DNA of 45,072 nucleotides from Octopus sinensis (taxonomy: Eukaryota), in NCBI RefSeq assembly GCF_006345805.1, contig NW_021835190.1:1-45072 (forward strand). The letters are read 5' to 3'. Numbering within the stretch: position 1 is the first letter of the stretch; the number at the start of each line of letters is the position of its first letter. The notes beneath the pieces are model-generated. The model was not told the DNA's origin and did no database searches. It saw nothing but the letters and a program-made list of their open reading frames with translations. Position numbers and translations under genes: made by a program. Below are positions 11,655 to 23,528 of the stretch, piece by piece.

Positions 11655-14108
11655 ATACTGGTAGAATGTGTTTATAAAACATCTTTTCTCTCGACTTTAT
11701 TGAGAAAGTTCTATAGTTTGTATGATATATGTCGTTTTTTTTCTTCAATTTCTGCAATTTCAACCAATCAATGACGTCTATTGAGGTGAAACATTCTGTG
11801 CCGTATGAATATGTCCCTCGTTTAAGAAACAGATTGGGTTTATTTACATTTGTGAAGAAAAAAAAGATAGCCTTCCCCTCACAGCTAACCCTAATCCTAA
11901 CCCTAACTAACCCTAACCCTAAAAATTTGCTGTAAACCTGTAAAATAACCCTGTAAATCTGCTTTCGGCTTTCTTAGCCATTTCTGTTTTGAGTCTTCAA
12001 AGCCATGAAGTCGTCGTCGAAAAGAAGGCTGGTCTCCTTGGCAACGCTCACGACGTTGATTTCCCTACCCTGCCTTCCCCACAGCTTCATGAAGGAGGGA
12101 AGAAGGGGAGGAGCAAGACAGGTGCAGGTGTGAGCATTGGACGCCAACTCCGCCACCGACACAAAGAAGAATTGGAAGAACCCAGACGACAGCTTCACAG
12201 TCAAAGACTACGACTACGGACAACTCTGCCACAAACACCACCACCACCACGACGTATACTGGTAGAATGTGTTTATAAAACATCTTTTCTCTTGGCTTTA
12301 TTGAGAAAATTCTATAGTTTATAAGATATTTGTCGTTTTTTTTCTTCAATTTCTGCAATTTCAACCAATCAATGACGTCTATTGAGGTGAAACATTCTGT
12401 GCCGTATGAATATGTCCCTCGTTTAAGAAACAGATTGGGTTTATTTACATTTGTGAAGAAAAAAAAGATAGCCTTCCCCTCACCGCTAACCCTAATCCTA
12501 ACCCTAACTAACCCTAACCCTAAAAATTTGCTGTAAACCTGTAAAATAACCCTGTAAATCTGCTTTCGGCTTTCTTAGCCATTTCTGTTTTGGTGTCTTC
12601 AAGCCATGAAGTCGTCGTCGAAAAGAAGGCTGGTCTCCTTGGCAACGCTCACGACGTTGATTTCCTTACCCTGCCTTCCCCACAGCTTCATGAAGGAGGG
12701 AAGAAGGGGAGGAGCAAGACAGGTGCAGGTGTGAGCATTGGACGCCAACTCCGCCACCGACAGAAAGAAAAACTGGAAGAAACCAGACGACAGCTTCACA
12801 GTCAAAGACTACGGCGGACAACTCTGCCACAAACACCACCACCACCACCACGACGTATACTGGTAGAATGTGTTTATAAAACATCTTTTCTCTTGGCTTT
12901 ATTGAGAAAATTCTATAGTTTATAAGATATTTGTCGTTTTTTTTCTTCAATTTCTGCAATTTCAAACAATCAGGGACGTCTATTAAGTTAAAAAGCATTC
13001 TGTGCCGTATGAATATGTCCCTCGTTTAAGAAACAGATTGGGTTTATTTACATTTCTGAAGAAAAAAAAATACCCTTCCCCCCACACCTAACCCTAACCT
13101 TAACTAACCCTAACTAACCCTAACCCTAAAACAGATTGAAATGCAATAGATCGATACTAGGGTTATAATTATGGGTGACAATTTCATATAACACCGCTAG
13201 AAAAAACTGCCGGTCAAACCGAAAAGATCCCGAAGCGTATTTGACACATGATTAAATAAAATATGGGGGAGGTGAAGCAACTGAGTGACCAAAAACTCTA
13301 TGTTCCCTTGTTTTAATAATACTTGCGTATTGTATTATATTTTTAATCTAAAAGTTGTGCAACAACCAATACATTCGGTTGTGCAAATTCTTTGCGCGGG
13401 AAACCTGCCCTGTGTGGTGTGTTTCCCGATTTTGTAAAATTTGCCTTCGGCTTTCTTAGCCATTTCTATTTTGGAGTCTTCAAAGCCATGAAGTCGTTGT
13501 TAGAAAGAACGCCGGTCTCCTTGACAACGCTCACGACGTTGATTTCCTTACCCTGCCTTCCCCACAGCTTCACGAGGGAGGGAAGAGGGGGAGGAGCTAC
13601 ACAGGTGCAGGTGTGAGCATTGGACGCCAACTCCGCCACTGACACAAAGAAAAATTGGAAGAAACCAGACGACAGCTTCACAGTCAAAGACTACGAATAC
13701 GGACAACTCTGCCACAAACACCACCACCACCACCTCCACCACCACGACGTATCCTGGTAGAATGTGTTTATAAAACATCTTTTTCTCTTGGCTTTATTGA
13801 GAAAATTCTATAGTTTGTAAGATATTTGTTGTTTATTTTTCTTCAATTTCTGCAATTTCAACCAATCACTGACGTCTATTGAGGTAAAAAAATCATTCTG
13901 TGCCGTATGGATATGTCCCTCGTTTGAGAAACAGATTGGGTTTATTTACATTTCCGAAGAAAAAAAGATACCCTTCCCTCCACCCCTAATCCTAACCCTA
14001 ACCCTAAAACATATAGAAATGCAATAGATCGATACTAGGGTCATAATTATGGGCGACAATTTCATATGACACCGCTAGAAAAAACTGCCGTTCAAACCGA
14101 AAAGATTC
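11655..14108. repeat. Chimeric tandem array: four partial MITE copies alternating with three ~300-bp GC-rich segments
   Basis: 601-bp period between 11729 and 12330. GC segments at about 11960-12250, 12561-12851 and 13441-13750. TIR ends at 13203-13230 and 14081-14108. Confidence 0.9.
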
Positions 14109-14492
14109 GACATCTATGTTTAGTTGGATATAAAGATTACTTTTCGGCATTAATACTCTTTCCGTCGATTAATAATTTTTTGAAACAACTTATGTGTGTC
14201 TACTTGTATATAGAGGTGAATATAGATATGTGATAATCTGTTTACATATGTAAATCTTATTAAATTCCTACTAAGTATTCAATTCAGTGTATAATATTCT
14301 ACGTAACTTAGAAATCCACATTATGTATGAGATAAGAATTAAGAATCTAATATACGGGGTTTATTAAAGGAAATTCTCAAGTATCATTATAACAGTTGCA
14401 TGTGTCTACTTGTTTAATCTTCTCGGGTTACTAATTCAACTGAATATAATTCAGCTGAAAACGATGTATGTCGATGAAGTCATGTAAGCTCC

Positions 14493-14948
14493 GGATCTTT
14501 TCGGTTTGAACGGCAGTTTTTTCTAGCGGTGTCATATGAAATTGTCACCCATAATTATGACCCTAGTATCGATCTATTGCATTTCAATCTATTTTAGGGG
14601 TAGAGCTATGGTTATAGAATCGATAGAATCGATCTATTGCATTTCATTTTCTGGGGGAAGGCTATCTTTTTTTCTTCACAAATGTAAATAAACCTAATCT
14701 GTTTCTTAAACGAGGGACATATTCATACGGCATAGAATGTTTTCACCTCAATATACGTCATTGATTGGTTGAAATTGCAGAAATTGAAGAAAAAACAACA
14801 ACAAATATCTTCTAAACTATAGAATTTTCTCAATAAAGCCAAGAGAAAAAGATGTTTTATAAACACATTCTACCAGTATACGAAGTTTAAAAGTGTTTAG
14901 TTACGTGGAAATTATTTTTAAAAACTGCCGTTCAAACCGAAGGGATCC
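14493..14948 (+). mobile_element. Complete MITE (456 bp) with 28-bp TIRs
   Basis: GGATCTTTTCGGTTTGAACGGCAGTTTT (14493-14520) and AAAACTGCCGTTCAAACCGAAGGGATCC (14921-14948), 2 mismatches. No TSD seen; superfamily unassigned. Confidence 0.85.
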
Positions 14949-15017
14949 TTGATGTCTTGTTAGAAGATCGAATACTGCGTTATTAGCGTTGAGAGATCCT
15001 CTCATACATAAGTGCTT

Positions 15018-15189
15018 GATATATAAGAGCATAGATTGTGGTAGACTAGAATCGGCTGTCATAGACAACAGAAATTCCCGTTTCACGTGCTTTCATCCTA
15101 CTGCTAATCATCGCCATCAGTGCCTCAAACGATGCGAGATTTGACTGCCATGCAGTAACAGAACTACTTCCCACTGATCATTCCCAATA
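15018..15189. repeat. Unclassified dispersed repeat, copy 1 (copy 2 at 23529-23700)
   Basis: Near-identical ~170-bp direct copies. Confidence 0.85.
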
Positions 15190-15344
15190 TATATCTTATT
15201 TCACTCAAATAACATTTGTTAATTTATCGTTTCTATCTATACTTACGTAGGTACATAGGTACGTACCTTCCTTCCTACCAACTATCTACCTATCAATTTA
15301 TCTATCTATCTATCTATTTATATATACATATATATATAAATATA

Positions 15345-15413
<69 letters not shown>

Positions 15414-15532
15414 TATATATACATATATATATATTGATAAAACGGTAAGATAACAAAAGAAAGAAAGAGACCTCAATATTATGTAAATAGAGGAAATTTA
15501 TCTATACAATATGTTACATTACTCGGTAGTCA

Positions 15533-15595
15533 AGATAAAACTCTGAGTTTCAGATGCCGAAGTGGAAATCCACAACACCATCTCTTCGGTTATCT
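15533..15595 (-). ncRNA. Variant hammerhead motif in the PLE 3' pseudo-LTR
   Basis: AGAUAA-CCGAAGA-GAUG[22 nt]CAUC-U-GAAA-CUCAGA-GUU-UUAUCU. 6-bp stem I; core CCGAAGA has U4 to C. Confidence 0.6.
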
Positions 15596-15790
15596 GGCTA
15601 TTTGAAAAACGTTATGAAAAAATACCGTTAAAAATGAAGGGAAATTACTCTGTTATAACTCTGCTTTGCCTGCGTACTTATACATCGCTCGCATTTTTCG
15701 TCATAAAAATTATATAAAAATACATAAAAATATATAAAAATATATAAAAATATATAAAATCTTCTTGGGACATAACACAGAAAGCATGTT

Positions 15791-17012
15791 CTATCCGTTT
15801 TCTTTAGGGGACCAAAAACGTAACAGAAATTTAGTCACATGTGGGCATGATCCGAAAAGCTCTGTCCTTGTATTTAGACATGTGGTAGGGTCTAAGCTGC
15901 TTTTCCAGATAAGCCATCTCTCCATGTCGCATAAACCGCACCTTCCGCTGCCGTTAGTGTAGGGCTTACATCTGGCCAAAATCTTCCATTGTATGTTATA
16001 ATCGACACCTTTATCTCTTAAAGACCAAATATGATTGGATAATTGTGTCGCTTTTCTTTTGTTCCAGTGCCTAAAGCTCAAAGTGTGGTTATTGAACCTG
16101 GCCTTGAAATTACCCTCTGTCAGGCCCACGTATTTCTTCGTCGAAACGGTGTCTTTAGTGGTTATAGAGTTTACGGTAGCTTCATATATGATGGTCTTGG
16201 ACATGCAAGCTCCATTTAGCGGGCACAATTCTTTATTCCTGCATGAACAGCTGTTTTCTTCTTGTGTTTTTTGTATGTTATGATTGATTATGTTTTTAAA
16301 ATTGGTAGTTGAACTAAAACTAATTTTTAAATTGTGTCTATTGAAGAGTTTCCTATAAGCATGGTTAACTGGAAAATGTCTATCTATCAGTGCTAGGAAA
16401 TATTTACCTATATTGAAGGCCACCTCGGGTGAGTAAGGGGGCGTAAGCCAGATGACCTTCCTATTTCTATTATTCCTTTTCCTTACTGTTGGGCTGGTGA
16501 TAGGTGTATATTTTATTTTTTCGCTAAAACCACTATCTTTTAAAGCTTTATTATAAACTGGGGCAACGCTATTGAAGATGTCCTCATTAGATGAGAGGCT
16601 AGAAATCCTCTTACTAATATTTTAAACTAAATTTTTGAATACTATAGGGGGATGGCATGAACCTACATTAATATAACTTAGTCTATCATTGGGCTTCCTA
16701 TAAGGCTTATAAATATTATTATTAAGATCTAAGGAAACGTCTAAGAAATTGACAACCGTCAGGTTAGTGTCTATAGTTATACTAAGTCCGAAGTGTTTTC
16801 ATTAACTGGATAATATCCTTCCTAAAACGATCTTGTGCTGGTCCATTTGTATTAGCTGTTAAGGCGAGGGCATCATCTTTGTAGATGGCGAAATGTACGT
16901 TAGGGAATGTCTTACCGAAGGTATCTAGGAGAAAGAGTCCAATTAGATCACAGATGCCTGCCCCATCATATGAACCCATGCTCACATCGAAAGCGCCCTC
17001 CGTGTCGGTGTT
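15791..17012 (-). pseudogene. Disrupted PLE RT/GIY-YIG ORF
   Basis: Continuous homology across one frameshift near 16795 (MK/HFGLSITIDTNLTVVNFLDVSLDL) and one in-frame TAA at 16624-16622. It joins listed ORFs 16782-16985 and 15791-16423. Confidence 0.9.
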
Positions 17013-17216
17013 TCAGTGAGAATGCAAAGTGGGTAAAAAACACCGACACGGAGGGCGCTTTCGATGTGACTGCTAGTCTCCCATAAACAAGATTCTGTCT
17101 CGGAGCGGAACTTTCACGTTTCAATTCCATGGTCATTCATGACCGAAGGGGTGTCTCTACCTTCGAACACACACAGACATATATATATACATATAATACA
17201 CACACACACACTCACA

Positions 17217-17279
<63 letters not shown>

Positions 17280-17285
<6 letters not shown>

Positions 17286-17530
17286 ATAAATATTAGGGAA
17301 TAAATCCAAATTTACAGGGAAAAAAAATCAGATTTAGGATTAAATCCAATTTTATAGTAAAATATTATAAAATATTATTAGAGACAAAACCACTATTTTG
17401 CAAAACAAACAAGGAAAGACTTAATCAATACATAAAATTTTAATAAATAGTCAAAAAAACCGCCACTACAATTGTTTCTTGTCTTGATCGACAATCTTCA
17501 GGTGGACTTCCAATCTAAAATATCAATATT
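17280..17530 (-). mobile_element. AT-rich HHR-bearing non-autonomous element (same family as 31640-32060)
   Basis: Shares TATTAGGGAATAAATCC...TCAGATTTAGGAT...AAAACCACTATT with 31850-31960, and the HHR-downstream sequence with 31700-31790. Confidence 0.75.
17463..17505 (-). ncRNA. Minimal type I hammerhead ribozyme, complete core
   Basis: CCAC-CUGAAGA-UUGUC[GAUCAA]GACAA-GAAA-C-AAUU-GUA^GUGG. Palindromic stem III ACAAUUGU; predicted cleavage between 17467 and 17466. Confidence 0.85.
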
Positions 17531-17772
17531 TTAAAATATAAAAATAATAATTTTAAAATAATTAAAGTATTAATGAAAAAATATTAATATATAATCCATA
17601 TATAACCTATATATAATCCATATATAATCAATAAATAAACAATATATAAACTAAAATAAACCTATCAACAATTAAATATAAAATATAAAATATAAAATAT
17701 AAAATATAAAACAAAACAAGAAAATAATAATAATATAATAATAAACTATATATACACCCATACACATATAAC

Positions 17773-17811
<39 letters not shown>

Positions 17812-18116
17812 ATATATTTTTTTACCCTTTTACTAGATTCAGCCATGGGACTACCGTCATATATACATACTCACACACACACACAGACACATTCACACAC
17901 ACACACACACACATACACACGCACACACACACACACACATATATATATATGTTTTATATATATATATATATAAGCAAAAAATTACACCAAATATATAGTG
18001 CGTGTGTTTTTATTGGCTAAACTGGCAATATGACCATTCCGAAATATAACAATATCTGTTTCAACACACGACTTCACATAAAAAATCTTGCACACCAAAA
18101 ATATTTAAACGTATAT

Positions 18117-18163
<47 letters not shown>

Positions 18164-19345
18164 GAGAGCGAGAGAGAAAGTGAGAGAGGATGCAGAAATA
18201 AACGTGTGTAGCACATAAGTCAATAAATTCATGAGTCTCTTTCTAAAAATTAATCTGTCATGCTAAACAAATTAGGAATGATGTTCTATAAAAATGAAAT
18301 ATATCAAATTTTCACAGTTTAATTAGATATACTCGAGGCAGTAAAATTCATCATCTAGCTACACTGAAGCAAAATATCTTTTGTCAATATTCAGTCCCAG
18401 GACTACACGTTGTTTCTGACAGTTACATACAAGTCAACGTGAACGCTTCTTCAGCGGGATTCTGAATTTAAATTCCAAGATTCGTATAAATTGGTCCTTG
18501 TCGTACTCGGTGAAAATATATGGTATTGCGTTTATTATTTATCACTACTGAGACCCCTGAATATTTCACGGATTTCACAGTAAACCTATTGGTTTATTTC
18601 TGAAAACGTTATTCAAAAAACCTGAAAGAGTATCCTGCGTTGTGGATGTATAGAAAGACAGTCGCTCATCTGCTACTCATTGAAAAGTGAAAGAAATTGG
18701 AATACGATGATTACTTAATGCATTTTATATATATACTTTATATGCTTTATGCTCGGTTTTATAAACTTAATATACAGCACCCATAAAATAAATATTCACA
18801 AAAAATATATCCGGTACATATGTTATAATCTTTAGTTAAATTGCATATATCTTCCACGTAAATAAGAGTGAATATTTCATGGAATTGCACTTATGCGCAT
18901 GAGTTAAGTGATAGGTGATATAAAAAAATCTTAGTTCAATTAAAAAAATACACTTTTCACTATCCAATCCCCACTACCACAACCACCTCACCACCATCAT
19001 CATCTCTCTCTTCCTCTCACTCTCCTCTTGCCTTCCCCTCTTCTCTTCCCCTCTTCCTTTCCCCTTTTCTCTCTCCCCTTCTCCCTCTGTCCTCTATATC
19101 GTCTCCGTCTCTGTCTGTCTCTCTCTCTTTCTCTCTCTCCCGCTCTTTCTCTCTCTCCCGCTCTTTCTCTCTCTCACTCTCCTATCTCTGCTTTTCTTTA
19201 ACTTCACCATCAGAACATCACCCCTCTGCTAAAATTATATTTTTTACTCTCCTCTTCTACCTTCAAATAACTTTTTAACCACGCAATAAATATTACGTTC
19301 CCCCACCTCACGTCATGGATGCTTATCTCTCCCTATTTTTCTCCG

Positions 19346-19379
<34 letters not shown>

Positions 19380-20949
19380 CTCCCTCTTTTCTCTAATCAC
19401 GTGAAAGCGTTACCGGCGGGCTAAGTAACGAAACGACAAGCATAATTATTACAAGATGTTATGGTGGTATTCCATAAAGTACTCGTACCGTATATCTTTC
19501 CGTCCATACGCGCAATGGTTTACAATTTCCTTTGCCTGCTACATGAGAAGTGGTCGTGAACACGTAATTCAACTACACTACGTTTATTGGATGAATTATG
19601 AACCGAGTTGACTCTAACGATCTTCTGACAGCACAAAGAATTGTAAGACAGTGACAAAGCGAAAGAGAGAGAGAGAGAGAAGAGTCAATTCCATTATTTG
19701 ATGGCACTTAATTACCTTGAGGCGATAAGCGACAGTTGATCTCTTGGCAAAATTCGAACTTAGGATGCAAAATTGCAGAAAAAATTATCGCAAGGAATTT
19801 GTCTAAACATTCCATCAATTCTGACAATCTTCTGCCAGTGTCGCTATATTAAAAATCAATAGTAAAAACATTGATATTTTATATTGCGTGTATTTATGTA
19901 TTTGTTCAACGCTTCGTGTCTTTTTATTTTCTCTAAATTATCTCCCCTTGTTATTTTTTCATTTGTCTTAATTCAAGACGTTATCAAGTCTGTCAGGTAA
20001 AATAAACATTCGAGAGAAGAAAAAAATGTTTTTGTTGTTGGCAGCCGGCGTTTGTTATTGTTGTAATTCATTTGCGATTAACGCATTAAAACAGTCTTCC
20101 TTTACCGACACCGCTTTCTGTTTTTCAGTTGTCGTCGTCGCTGTCGACGTTGTTACTGTAACTGCATTTGTTTTTGTTGTAGAACTTGCTAGCAGTACCG
20201 GTGGTAGTGTTAATGATACGTGTACAGTACTTTGTGGTTTTCTTTGCAGAGTGTGTTTTATTGTTTTGTTACCTTACAGGATGCTGATGTGCTGCGATGT
20301 CAATTATATTAACGGTGAGGTGGGCGATGATGGTACGAGCGATGATGCTGTTCCGTAACATAGAGTTGTCGTTGATATTGTTTTATCTCAGTTCCCCTTG
20401 TCGAAAGGTTATCTGCGCTTACGTACTCACCATCACCGTCTGGTATGGTCAATGGCGGCTCGTAGATAAAATTAGTGGAGGTGCTGCTTCAGGAAACTTT
20501 TAGCCGTCGTTTTCATATTGTGTAAAAGGAAGCAAACATATAAAAAGAATATCCATACATAAACTTGATCGGTTCGCGTTTTAGCCACTGCCGGGAAGTG
20601 TGTTTCATGTGTTCACTGGACAACGTCACGAATTCCCCCTTGATTTTGTTTTCAAAAAAATACCTCGAACATGCAGATCGAAGACAACGGTTAAACAAAT
20701 CTTGTTTTGTCCAGATTTGTGGAATCTGTCGTTTTCAGACTGCCTTCACACATTCTTGTATTCTTTAACTTGTTTCACTGATTTCTCTGCGGTCATGCCG
20801 GAGCACCGCCTTAAAGGGATTTTTGTCGAAGAAATCGACCCCAAGTCCTTATTCTTTGTAATGCTAGAACATATTCTATCGGTCCCTTTTGGTTGGTAAG
20901 CAAGCTACTTATCACACAGAGACTCTTGCGCCCATAAATAATCTTTTCT

Positions 20950-21152
20950 ACTTTAGGCAGAAGGCCCGAAACTTTTGGGTAGGGGGCCTTTCGATTATAT
21001 CGACACCAGTACGCAACTGGTACTCAATTTATCGACCCCGAAAGGATGAAAAGCAAAGTCAGCCTCGGCGGAATTTGAAATCAGAACGTAGCGGCAGACG
21101 AAATACCGCTAAGCATTTCGCCCGGCGTGCTAGCTTTTCTCCCAGCTTGCCA
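20950..21152 (-). mobile_element. SINE family C
   Basis: Reverse complement of the head and of the GCTTTTCATCCTTTCGGGGTCGATAAATTGAGTACCAG domain. Confidence 0.85.
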
Positions 21153-21312
21153 AATTATTATAGTTAATAATTTAAAGAGTCTTGGGTAATATTTGAGGAA
21201 TACTTGGACAGGATTTCTTGCAGCTCGTATGGCCTGTGTTGGCAGTCCTTGAGTTGTTGAGTGACTGAGGGACCAGTGCTGGAGCATATGGTCCGGTGTC
21301 AGTGCATGTGCT

Positions 21313-21443
21313 GTCTTCTTCTTCTTCTTCTTCTTCTTCTTCTTCTTCTTCTTCTTCTTCTTCTTCTTCTTCTTCTTCTTCTTCTTCTTCTTCTTCTTCT
21401 TCTTCTTCTTCTTCTTCTTCTTCTTCTTCTTCTTCTCTTCTTA
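21313..21443. repeat. (TCT)n microsatellite
   Basis: Direct reading. Confidence 0.97.
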
Positions 21444-21539
21444 TCATGACTCACACCATTAGCCACAGAGAATAATCTCTAATTCGAGCCTACTCTAAGC
21501 TACTAAGAATGCGTGTGGCAACTTGAAGATCCACCCACC

Positions 21540-21916
21540 ACACGCGATAGACTGGCGGTTGCACGGACGCGAAAGCTACGTTGTTATCCTCATTCCGTAA
21601 ACGGTGGCTTTTAACGGGTGGAGAGCTGAAACATCCTGGGGTACAGAGGATTTGCAATCTAGACTAGGGTCTGAAAGTTTACCACACCATAGTGGGTTAC
21701 ACCATGGTTCCACTGCTTTGTGGCAGAAGTAGGAAGAAAGAGTGAGAGAAAGTTGTGGTAAAAGAGTACAGCGGGGTTCACCACCTAGCCCCCGCAGGAG
21801 CCTCGTGTAGCTTAGGTTTTTTTGCTCAATAAACACTCACAATGCCCGGTCTGGGAATCGAAACCGCGCCCTTACGACCGCGAGTACGGTGCTCTAACCA
21901 CTGGGCCATTGCGCCT
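21540..21916 (-). mobile_element. SINE family B with a distinct 3' tail
   Basis: Head and body match 10770-10970; downstream sequence is different. Confidence 0.85.
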
Positions 21917-22025
21917 TTACTGTGCTGTTGTTGGGGGTGCCAGTGGCGTCGTTGGTGTTAGTGATTGTGGGGGTCCTTCAAGGAGTGCAAGTATGCTTGA
22001 TAGAACTTATATTGGTATTTATATG

Positions 22026-22056
22026 TTGGTGGTGGCGATGGTGATGGTGGTGGTGG

Positions 22057-22089
<33 letters not shown>

Positions 22090-22110
22090 GTTGGTGGTGG
22101 GTGGTGGTGG

Positions 22111-22156
<46 letters not shown>

Positions 22157-22298
22157 GGTGGTGGTGGTGGTGGTGGTGTTGTTGTTGTTGTTGTTGTTGT
22201 TGTTGGTGGTTGGTGGTGGTGGTGGTGGTGGTGGTGGTGGTGGGATGGTGGTGGTGGTGGTGGTGGTGGTGGTGGTGGTGATGGTGGTGGTAGTGTTG

Positions 22299-22330
<32 letters not shown>

Positions 22331-22460
22331 GGTGTGGTGGTGGTGATGGTGTGGTGGTGGTGGTGGTGGTGGTGGTGGTGGTGGTGGTGTGGTGGTGGTG
22401 GTGGTGTGGTGGTGGTGGTGGTGGTTGGTGGTGGTGGTGGTGGTGGTGGTGGTGGTGCTA
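22026..22460. repeat. (GGT)n/(GTT)n microsatellite
   Basis: Direct reading. Confidence 0.97.
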
Positions 22461-23528
22461 TTGTTGATATCTGTAATATCGATATTGGTGTTGCTGTAAC
22501 CTTTTTGTGATGGTGGTGTTGTTAGTATTTATGATGTTTGTTGTGTGCTTTTTTTTTTCTTGCTGGAGTTGTTAGTAAAAATGTTGGCAGCGCGGTAGCG
22601 GTGTTGGTTTTGTCGCAGGTATTTTTGGGGGATCCAACGATGATCTCATTGTTGATAATGGTTTTCTCTTGTTTATACTTTCACTAGCTTGCGGTATTTG
22701 CATGGCGAACGATGATGATGGTTCGGGGTCTTTGTAATGTCAACGACGTTGCGGGGAAAAGAAATACAAAGAACGACAAGGAAAGAACGAACGAAAAAAA
22801 GAAGGAGAAAAAGATACAGAGAAAATGAACAAAAGATTGTTATTTGTGCAGCTTTAGTTTCATTTATAAAAATTAGCAGTTCTCTCGAATGATCTGTTAT
22901 GTGGATTTCACACGCAAATGGCCTGGCATCTTTTAATTCTATATAAACATTGGCAAAATTTGTTTCATTTTTCAATATAGAAATTTAAAAAAAAAAAACG
23001 GGTAAATAAAACGTAAAAAAAGAAACCAAGTGAAGATAACTAATTCGTGTTTCATGTGTCCATTTATATTTATTTATTTTAAATTATATTTTCTGATCAC
23101 GTTTTTCTGAATGTTATTATTGTGATTATAAAGTTGTCAAACGCTTAAATAAATCTAGAGAAACGGAACGTGGCGATGTCCTGTGGCTGTCAGTGGGTGT
23201 TGAAGAAGACCGACTGAGTAGTGTTTCTTTTGTCCAAAAGACATTCAGATCAGGGGATAGAGATAATTTTCAGTAATCAGAAACCTAGAAATGCTGTCGT
23301 GGGACACTGTTAGTCCAAAGTTCACCACACAGTCTATTAGCCTTGTTCTAGAAGCTTGGTGAGAACTTTGAAACAGTTCCTTACTCAAACATTCAGTTTT
23401 CCAATAGAAAGGAAATGAGGAAGGCGGCGAGTTGGCAGAATCGTTAACACGCCGGGCAAAATGCTTAGCGGCATTTCGTCCGTCTTTACTTCTAAATTCA
23501 AATTCTGCCGAAGACAACTTTATATATT

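Larger units (their letters stand above)
15435..17013 (-). mobile_element. 5'-truncated Penelope-like retroelement (partial RT, GIY-YIG endonuclease, 3' pseudo-LTR with HHR motif)
   Basis: RT motifs FDVSMGSYDGAGICDLIGLFLL, YKDD and VNFLDV; linker CSCRNKELCPLNGAC; endonuclease IIY...YVGLTEG...RFNNH...CGLC; HHR ~200 bp after the stop; (TA)n at the 3' flank. Confidence 0.92.

Noticed and set aside
11655-14108. CRISPR-like or true telomeric array
   Set aside because: Units are ~600 bp with repeated rather than unique spacers, there are no cas genes, the context is eukaryotic, and the CCCTAA tracts are short and internal.
18430-18460. Minus-strand CTGAAGA-AGCG[TTCA]CGTT
   Set aside because: Followed by GAC instead of GAAA; no stem I partner.
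21172-21447. Poly-glutamate ORF
   Set aside because: Antisense reading of a pure (TCT)n microsatellite.
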